From the IMG/VR virus record IMGVR_UViG_3300005805_000424, positions 1 through 25,966 of that record: a stretch of DNA of 25,966 nt; one strand, 5' to 3'. Position numbers and translations under genes: made by a program. Origin of the DNA: a virus (Duplodnaviria; Caudoviricetes). Shown here in pieces: positions 16,664 to 22,503 of the stretch (the stretch's first letter is position 1; each line of letters begins with the position of its first letter). The notes below the pieces were generated by a model, which worked only from the letters and a program-made list of their open reading frames with translations, was not told the DNA's origin and made no database searches.

Positions 16664-16679
16664 TGTTTCACGTGAAACA
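16664..16679. promoter_or_regulatory. parS: parS site 3
   Basis: Exact TGTTTCACGTGAAACA. Confidence 0.88.
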
Positions 16680-16883
16680 CCAATAAAAACAAGCGATATT
16701 TTGGCCTACACCTAGGCGTCAAAAAGGTAAAAAATCGCTCAAAACCCGTTTAAATGCGTCCTATGGCCATTAGGGAAAATCTATTGATCCCTCCAGGTTA
16801 ATAGATATTTATTTGTGGTGAATTGTGGTACATCCATTAAAATCAAAGAGTAGGATTTTTATTAACTTTATAGGGGTTACGTA

Positions 16884-17093
16884 ATGAAGAAATACATTAT
16901 CGAAACACGCACGTTTTGCGATGGATGGGTTAACACGTGGACGGATGATGGAAAACCCGTTATTTTTGATAACTTCCAAGAGGCGCAAGAGGAGTTAAAT
17001 ATTTACTTGTTTGGGCTATCCATTGACGTTGATTTAGGCAATATTGAAGATTACGATCCCGAAGATTTTCGTGTAACTGAAATAGGCGAATAA
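16884..17093 (+). CDS. Small acidic hypothetical protein (69 aa)
   Basis: AGGGG RBS; first gene of the AT-rich plus-strand block; 'GWVNTW.....P..FD...EA..EL' pattern. Confidence 0.75.
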   Translation: MKKYIIETRTFCDGWVNTWTDDGKPVIFDNFQEAQEELNIYLFGLSIDVDLGNIEDYDPEDFRVTEIGE

Positions 17094-17095
17094 TC

Positions 17096-17365
17096 ATGCA
17101 TAGACTCTTTTATAACTACGATGGAAAACTACCACGCATTAAGGGATTTATAGACGATTCTTGGCGGAATGACGTTTGCCCATCGTTACTAAATGAATCA
17201 AAAAACCTTAAGTTATGGGTAGATTATAAAAATCCTAATAGGCGTGAATGTGGCGGTATGCGTTACACGTTATGCGCCTATAACAATAATGCGGATCAAT
17301 ACGAAGAATTATTCGCCACAGAATCACTAACTGAAATGAGGGGATATATAAATGAAAAATATTGA
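17096..17365 (+). CDS. Hypothetical protein (89 aa)
   Basis: 'F.D.SWRNDVCPS......L.LWVDY.NP..RE' pattern; tight gene packing. Confidence 0.75.
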   Translation: MHRLFYNYDGKLPRIKGFIDDSWRNDVCPSLLNESKNLKLWVDYKNPNRRECGGMRYTLCAYNNNADQYEELFATESLTEMRGYINEKY

Positions 17366-17543
17366 ATCCGCACGGGATTTTATAAAGGTTTGTGATTACA
17401 AGGGTTATTTCCACGGAAAAACATATTACATAGACAAAACTAAACAGGGTTATGTTGCATCAACAGGCGGGATTTATTGCGAGAAATTTAATGCACGTAC
17501 GCTAAAGGATTTATCCGATCAATTACTAAAGGTCACAAAATGA
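17352..17543 (+). CDS. Hypothetical protein (63 aa)
   Basis: GAGGGG RBS; overlaps both neighbours by a few nt. Confidence 0.65.
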   Translation: MKNIESARDFIKVCDYKGYFHGKTYYIDKTKQGYVASTGGIYCEKFNARTLKDLSDQLLKVTK

Positions 17544-17815
17544 AACACTTAAATATGACTGATGAGCACGTTAATACCGTGCATTATGCATGCTTAATGC
17601 TTAACTCATTGGGGTTAAACGATCCACACTTATCACAGAATAACGAAGGTGATCCCGTGATCGCTTTCACGTTTAACGATGTGGGCATTTTTAACCCGTA
17701 TATGACAGAAAATGGGTTTGACGAATGCGATGCGGGTGATTATGGCCTGACAGGCATTCAAGCAAATGCACTATGCAAAATTAACGATGCATTAGGCTTT
17801 AATTGGGAGTTATAA
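17540..17815 (+). CDS. Hypothetical protein (91 aa)
   Basis: ATGA coupling, AAGG RBS. Confidence 0.65.
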   Translation: MKHLNMTDEHVNTVHYACLMLNSLGLNDPHLSQNNEGDPVIAFTFNDVGIFNPYMTENGFDECDAGDYGLTGIQANALCKINDALGFNWEL

Positions 17816-17818
17816 ATA

Positions 17819-17986
17819 ATGAGCACTAAACAAAACCTTTTAAAAGAATTTGATGCTATGCGTGGCGTGGGCATTAGAGTACCGGATAATGCTTACAGCA
17901 TATTAGATACCGAAAACCTAGGCGATTATGAGGGCATGGGGCTAAGTGATTTAGCGGATCTTTTAATACAGTTATCGGAGTTATGA
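17819..17986 (+). CDS. Small acidic protein (55 aa), missing from the ORF track
   Basis: MSTKQNLLKEFDAMRGVGIRVPDNAYSILDTENLGDYEGMGLSDLADLLIQLSEL; GGGAG RBS upstream. Confidence 0.7.
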   Translation: MSTKQNLLKEFDAMRGVGIRVPDNAYSILDTENLGDYEGMGLSDLADLLIQLSEL

Positions 17987-17989
17987 AAA

Positions 17990-18055
17990 ATGAAACACGA
18001 TATTTTATGCGTGGTGTTATTCGGTTTACTTATTGTTGCTGCATGCTTTTTATAA
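17990..18055 (+). CDS. Putative 21-aa single-pass membrane peptide
   Basis: MKHDILCVVLFGLLIVAACFL; GGAG 9 nt upstream of the ATG. Confidence 0.45.
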   Translation: MKHDILCVVLFGLLIVAACFL

Positions 18056-18131
18056 AAACTATAGTCCGCCAGGAATTGATAGGAAAATACAATCTTGGCG
18101 GATCGTAAAAACTTTATAATTAATTCAGTTT

Positions 18132-18514
18132 TAAACCTATACAGAGAGAAAAATCATGGGACGATACTTTTTGCAAGATATGGCGAATGCATATTTAGAG
18201 TGTGCATATTTTACCGATGTTGAAGAAAATGAAAGCGAAGAAATTGAATTTACACCCACGTTTAAAAACAATGCATATAAAGCATGTTGCGATTTTGAAA
18301 ATGCATGCGCCACGCTAGAAATTGATATCAGGGTTTATTCACCAGAACAATTAGGGCACGATCTGTGGTTAACCCGTAACGGGCATGGCGCGGGATTTTG
18401 GGATCGCAAAGAAATATATAATGATCATGCTGATTTATTTACAGGCATGGCACGTGCTCAGGGTTACCACGAAATAGAATTCGTATAATATTAGTAAACC
18501 TATACAGAGAGAAA
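18132..18514 (+). repeat. 20-bp direct repeat leader TAAACCTATACAGAGAGAAA (18132-18151 and 18495-18514)
   Basis: Identical 20-mer before two consecutive start codons, each with a TATAAT shortly upstream. Confidence 0.8.
18156..18488 (+). CDS. Conserved phage protein (110 aa)
   Basis: 'GHDLWLTRNGHGAGFWDR' motif that I recognise from phage hypothetical proteins; function unknown. Confidence 0.8.
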   Translation: MGRYFLQDMANAYLECAYFTDVEENESEEIEFTPTFKNNAYKACCDFENACATLEIDIRVYSPEQLGHDLWLTRNGHGAGFWDRKEIYNDHADLFTGMARAQGYHEIEFV

Positions 18515-18520
18515 GAGATC

Positions 18521-19270
18521 ATGAAAAAAAGACAATTGTTTTCCATTGGTACGAATGCCAAAACAGTAAAGGGCAATAAGTTAGGTTTCCTAACTGGTGT
18601 AATGTATTTCGCACCTAGTGATTTATCAGGTTTTCAGGTTTGCCCAATGGCAAAAATGGCACGCTGCGAAGATCCATGTTTGTATAAATCCGGCCGTGGT
18701 GTTTTTAATAGTACCCAAAATGCACGCATCAAAAAGACACAAGAGTTTTTTACGGAACAAAACGAGTTTATGCATACTTTGGTGTACTCAATTAATGCAT
18801 TGATTCGCAAAGCAAAAAAAGAAAAACTAATCCCATTAGTGCGACTAAACGGTACAAGCGATATCCGATGGGAAAATATTCGTTTTGAGTACGAAAATAA
18901 GTACCTAACTATTTTTGAAGTATTTCCAGATATTCAATTTTATGACTATACAAAAATAGTGAATCGCAAAGACTTACCCGCAAACTATGATCTAACTGTT
19001 AGTTATTCCGGTGCTCCAGGTTTCCAAAAGTATATTCAAAAATCTATAGATTCTGGTGATCGCATAGCGGCCGTTTTTCGCACTCAAGAAAATATCCCCG
19101 ATACTTTTTTAGGCATGGATTGCATAGGTGGTGATGATAGCGACGTGCGACACGTAGAGCCAAAAAATGTAATCGTAGCTCTTTACGCTAAAGGTAAAGC
19201 AAAACGGGATACATCGGGCTTTGTAGTGGATGCACCACGCAAAGTGATACCAATACGTTTAGCCGCATAA
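18521..19270 (+). CDS. GP88-like protein (249 aa)
   Basis: 'CP.A....C...CL..SGRG', 'RLNGTSDI.WE', 'FPDIQFYDYTK', 'GD.SD.R', 'L.AKG.A' motifs. Confidence 0.75.
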   Translation: MKKRQLFSIGTNAKTVKGNKLGFLTGVMYFAPSDLSGFQVCPMAKMARCEDPCLYKSGRGVFNSTQNARIKKTQEFFTEQNEFMHTLVYSINALIRKAKKEKLIPLVRLNGTSDIRWENIRFEYENKYLTIFEVFPDIQFYDYTKIVNRKDLPANYDLTVSYSGAPGFQKYIQKSIDSGDRIAAVFRTQENIPDTFLGMDCIGGDDSDVRHVEPKNVIVALYAKGKAKRDTSGFVVDAPRKVIPIRLAA

Positions 19271-19285
19271 CTCTAGGGGTTAAAA

Positions 19286-19540
19286 ATGGATGATTACGAT
19301 TTAGGTAAACGTCACGGGATCGCACGGAAAGAAAAGCGATACCCAAATAACAATAGTTATGCTGCGGGATATATAGTGGGCATAAACACATTAACCACGG
19401 ATCAGATTCTACAAATGGCCGTGACAATTGGAATGATGCGCTATGCATTAGAGCGTACACAAACCCTTTTGAACGATCCAGATGCATCTAGTTTTGATGC
19501 TGATCTAGTTTTAAACTTAATTGAAAAGGCCTTGAAATGA
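19286..19540 (+). CDS. Hypothetical protein (84 aa)
   Basis: AGGGG RBS; coupled to the next gene. Confidence 0.65.
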   Translation: MDDYDLGKRHGIARKEKRYPNNNSYAAGYIVGINTLTTDQILQMAVTIGMMRYALERTQTLLNDPDASSFDADLVLNLIEKALK

Positions 19541-19758
19541 ACAAAATTTATCGCGCCAATTACGAATCCCGTAATTTTTCTTTTGAGGCGTATGGCAAAA
19601 CTGAACACGACGCGCGCGCTGCGTTAATGATCGGTTTGTTGCGCCATATGCACCAATACAATCTTGACCACGATTGGTATCAAAAAGACGATATCTCAAT
19701 TGTTGAATACCAAATGAATACCCCATATCGGGATTACAGCATCATCAAGGGTGAATAA
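19537..19758 (+). CDS. Hypothetical protein (73 aa)
   Basis: ATGA coupling; 'SRNFSFEAYG.T...A...L..GL..H..QY' pattern. Confidence 0.7.
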   Translation: MNKIYRANYESRNFSFEAYGKTEHDARAALMIGLLRHMHQYNLDHDWYQKDDISIVEYQMNTPYRDYSIIKGE

Positions 19759-19759
19759 C

Positions 19760-19936
19760 ATGAACAAACCACAACTATATACTATGACAGGTTTTGTCAG
19801 GGTTACGATTGAAATTATTGCAGCGGATGATGAATCAGCAGAAAAACAATTCTACGATGCCCAATTATCGGACTTTGTTTTAAAAGAAATTGAATTAATC
19901 GAAGTTGAACATTTAGGGGAACATTATGCCAATTAA
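19760..19936 (+). CDS. Small acidic protein (58 aa)
   Basis: ATG 19760 after AAGGGT RBS preferred to GTG 19751; 'V.IEI.A.D.ESAE' pattern. Confidence 0.6.
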   Translation: MNKPQLYTMTGFVRVTIEIIAADDESAEKQFYDAQLSDFVLKEIELIEVEHLGEHYAN

Positions 19937-20153
19937 ATACTTGAACGGCCAATTAGTTGAACATGGGGATATTGTGCACGTTAAAAACCGCGCCTATTAT
20001 GTGAGGGATATTTACGACACAATGGACACGATTACCCTATCTAAGATGGATGAATCAAAGGACCAAGTGAATGTAAAACTGTCGGATATAGGCGCCTATC
20101 GTGACAACGTGCACCCCTTATTTAAGGACATTTTGGGGGCGATCAAACCATGA
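19926..20153 (+). CDS. Hypothetical protein (75 aa)
   Basis: AGGGGA RBS; 'Y.NGQ.V..GD.V' beta-rich start. Confidence 0.65.
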   Translation: MPIKYLNGQLVEHGDIVHVKNRAYYVRDIYDTMDTITLSKMDESKDQVNVKLSDIGAYRDNVHPLFKDILGAIKP

Positions 20154-20257
20154 AAACCACGCCCACGAATCCAGGACTGTTTAAGCTTATTTCACGTCTT
20201 CTCATGTTTGCGGCCTTTCACGCCATTTTTACAAACAGAGATAAGAAAAACAAATAA
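20150..20257 (+). CDS. Putative 35-aa peptide, missing from the ORF track
   Basis: MKTTPTNPGLFKLISRLLMFAAFHAIFTNRDKKNK; ATGA coupling; ends just before the terminator. Confidence 0.45.
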   Translation: MKTTPTNPGLFKLISRLLMFAAFHAIFTNRDKKNK

Positions 20258-20261
20258 CCCT

Positions 20262-20285
20262 AAGCCCCGCTAGTCAGGGCTTTTT
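20262..20285 (+). terminator. Terminator at the convergence of the early block and the nuclease/terS operon
   Basis: AAGCCC-CGCTAGTCA-GGGCTT followed by TTT. Confidence 0.6.
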
Positions 20286-20286
20286 C

Positions 20287-20706
20287 TTAGCCATCGGCCA
20301 ACAGAGCACGCATCTCGGACCAATCTACAGACCGTACAGGCCATTGAGCGATGGGGGCTACCCTTACGCCTTCATCAAACAGGAAAAGCGCCTGAGCGCC
20401 CCTGTAGAGCTTTAGCGTGGGTTTGTCCCCAGATGACTCAGGTGGATAGTACTGGACCAGTATGAAAGTCGGGCACCCAATACTAGCGTGCTTAAGATGA
20501 AATGAGTACTGGTGGGGGCTAAGGTTTATCTTGAGTCCCGCTTTCACTACCTTCAGCTCCATCATCACGAACATCGAATGCGAATCCAAAGCTATCAACA
20601 GGTCCGGGATCCCGAGGTTTACCCGGTTCTCGATCTTCGTGATCAGGGCTCGCGGCAAATTTTCGTTTAACTTTTTCGAGAGCATTGCTTCCGGTTTCAT
20701 CGGCAT
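20287..20706 (-). CDS. PD-(D/E)xK nuclease (VRR-NUC / Holliday-junction-resolvase-like, 139 aa)
   Basis: 'KPE', 'IEN....GIPDLLI', 'MELKV', 'LSPHQ..FH' motifs. Confidence 0.8.
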   Translation of the reverse strand: MPMKPEAMLSKKLNENLPRALITKIENRVNLGIPDLLIALDSHSMFVMMELKVVKAGLKINLSPHQYSFHLKHASIGCPTFILVQYYPPESSGDKPTLKLYRGAQALFLFDEGVRVAPIAQWPVRSVDWSEMRALLADG

Positions 20707-21319
20707 CGCTTACATCCTCAATTTGATTGACTTCAATGTCCAACACCCCGCCTGGGGAGCTGCCGTATAACTGCTTGATTTCTTGAAGCTTTCGCATGAC
20801 TTCTTCTTTGCTCATGCTGTCAATCGTGCCGTGCCGGATTTCCTTTCGATCAATGTAGATGGTGCCCAACGCTTGCCCGCGCCTGTACTCCGCGGCCACC
20901 GCAGCACCGTAATTACCCGCTTCGAGCGCGCGATCTCTAATCATCTGCATGTCGCGCATATGCCGTTCGAACGTCGTGCCGTATTTTTCGGCCAGTTCAC
21001 GCCTAAACTCTTGAATTGCGGCCACCACGTGGGGATGCGTCTCTGGCGTGGTCAACGCTCTGGCCATGGGACCCGCGCTAGAGTCTGAATAACCCGCACG
21101 TAATGCAGCCTCTTTCATCGTGACCTGCCCCTCGCCCGACACCAACTCATGCACAAACCGCCATTCCCGCTCGCTGAGCGCTTTAAATCTCCCGCCCTTA
21201 GGCTTGGGTACGGGTTCACTCAAACGCATCGCCACGGACGCTTTAAGCAGCGTGGGGGGCTTTTTAAGCGAACGCGATGCCTTACGCCGTTCATTCTTCT
21301 GTTCTTTTGACAAAGTCAT
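20519..21319 (-). CDS. terS: Terminase small subunit
   Basis: 'LSERE.RFV.E.........KEAALRAGYS..SA...A..L' HTH start, 'ALEAGNYGAAVAAE..RG.A.G.IYIDRKEI'; ATG 21319 follows GAGGAGG RBS. Confidence 0.8.
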   Translation of the reverse strand: MTLSKEQKNERRKASRSLKKPPTLLKASVAMRLSEPVPKPKGGRFKALSEREWRFVHELVSGEGQVTMKEAALRAGYSDSSAGPMARALTTPETHPHVVAAIQEFRRELAEKYGTTFERHMRDMQMIRDRALEAGNYGAAVAAEYRRGQALGTIYIDRKEIRHGTIDSMSKEEVMRKLQEIKQLYGSSPGGVLDIEVNQIEDVSDADETGSNALEKVKRKFAASPDHEDREPGKPRDPGPVDSFGFAFDVRDDGAEGSESGTQDKP

Positions 21320-21321
21320 GG

Positions 21322-21579
21322 CTAAACCCTCCTCACAATCCAAATCCCATCCTCTTGCCCCTGCCGGACAGTAAACCGCCTTGTCGGGTAACGACGATAA
21401 AACGATTTTAGTGCGCTTCTAATATTTTCCACTTCAACAGGCGACTCACACAAGAAGTAGTCCCCGCGTATCATGGACTTGAACGGATATCTAATCCTTT
21501 TGCTTGTCGAACTTCGACGCATGTAGTGCTGTTTTTGAGTAATTCCAACCAGCCCCACAACCTCATCTCTTACAGGCAT
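21322..21579 (-). CDS. Small basic putative DNA-binding protein (85 aa)
   Basis: 'YPF..M..GD.F..........RSA..........F.VR......I...RV' pattern; GGAGG RBS. Confidence 0.7.
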   Translation of the reverse strand: MPVRDEVVGLVGITQKQHYMRRSSTSKRIRYPFKSMIRGDYFLCESPVEVENIRSALKSFYRRYPTRRFTVRQGQEDGIWIVRRV

Positions 21580-21604
21580 TTCAACCTCCTTTCCGAGTAT
21601 CCAA

Positions 21605-21635
21605 GTAGAGTATCCTACTCTACCCCTTTTAGCAA
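21605..21635 (-). promoter_or_regulatory. sigma70-like promoter overlapped by an 8-bp inverted repeat
   Basis: TTGCTA (21635-21630) - 17 nt - TACTCT (21612-21607); GTAGAGTA-tcc-TACTCTAC palindrome at 21605-21623. Confidence 0.45.
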
Positions 21636-21661
21636 TCTTTTCGAAACCAATTATTCAATTC

Positions 21662-21874
21662 TATTAACGGATACTTCCCACGAAAAAAAAAAAAAAAAGT
21701 AAAAAATGAGACCGCGCGCGCACCCCGTAAAAACATCACCCCTCACGTTTAAATAATCCTTTGTGTAATAAAAGACCCGCATAAACACTAGCTCTTCACG
21801 TCATTACGCCCTTACGGATACTTTTTGTTCAAAAAAATAATTTCATTTTTTTTCGTGGGAAGTATCCGTTAATA
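21662..21874. repeat. 29-bp perfect inverted repeat pair; origin-like region
   Basis: TATTAACGGATACTTCCCACGAAAAAAAA (21662-21690) and its exact reverse complement (21846-21874). Confidence 0.85.
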
Positions 21875-22035
21875 TAAGGGGCCAGACGTAATAATCCTGT
21901 TTTCCCAAATTTCAACGTAATAATTTTGCCGCTTCGCGGTCCGCGGTCCTTGACCCCTTCTCCTATCTCATTCTCCGCCCTCCGACCCCCTTTTTCCCCT
22001 CCTTTTTGCCCCTGCTTCGCAGCCCCTCTTACGTG

Positions 22036-22065
22036 TTGTACATTACACTACGTTTGTGTTATATT
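22036..22065 (+). promoter_or_regulatory. sigma70-like promoter for the nuclease-methyltransferase operon
   Basis: TTGTAC (22036-22041) - 18 nt - TATATT (22060-22065) with extended -10 TG. Confidence 0.5.
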
Positions 22066-22098
22066 AAATACCATTACTAACAACTTCTTGGGGTTGTA

Positions 22099-22503
22099 AT
22101 GGAAGAAAAAAAGCCTTGTTCAAAGTGTAAGGAAGACAAATTTTTATCTTTTTTTCACCGCAGTACAAAAGCATCTGATGGGCATGCTTCTTGGTGCAAG
22201 ACATGTGTTAATGGTTTTGCCAGGCAATCAAGAAAGCGCACGTATTTTCCTGAAAATAAAAGAAAGTGGCAGCTTAAAACACGTTATGGACTGACTCCTG
22301 AAAAGGTTGAAACAATTTTGGTTAAACAGCAACATCAGTGCGTATTGTGTTTAAGTTCTTTAGATAAATTTCACATTGATCATTGCCATAACACAGGTCA
22401 GGTTAGGGGTATTTTGTGCCACAAATGCAATATTCGACTAGGGGGTTGGGATGATCTCCAATGGCGTAACAAAGCTTTATCTTATCTTGGGATTCACGTA
22501 TGA
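22099..22503 (+). CDS. Recombination endonuclease VII-family (His-Me) nuclease, probable homing endonuclease (134 aa)
   Basis: N-terminal CxxC...CxxC, 'YGLT', 'Q...CVLC', 'HIDHCHNTGQVRGILCHKCN..LG'. Confidence 0.88.
   Translation: MEEKKPCSKCKEDKFLSFFHRSTKASDGHASWCKTCVNGFARQSRKRTYFPENKRKWQLKTRYGLTPEKVETILVKQQHQCVLCLSSLDKFHIDHCHNTGQVRGILCHKCNIRLGGWDDLQWRNKALSYLGIHV

Noticed and set aside
16321-16679. Possible CRISPR array
   Set aside because: Repeats are 16-22-bp palindromes with irregular 117- and 188-bp spacing and repetitive intervening DNA; no cas genes
21683-21698. 16-nt poly(A) run as a phase-variable tract
   Set aside because: Non-coding, and homopolymer length may be a sequencing artefact; kept only as part of the inverted-repeat region
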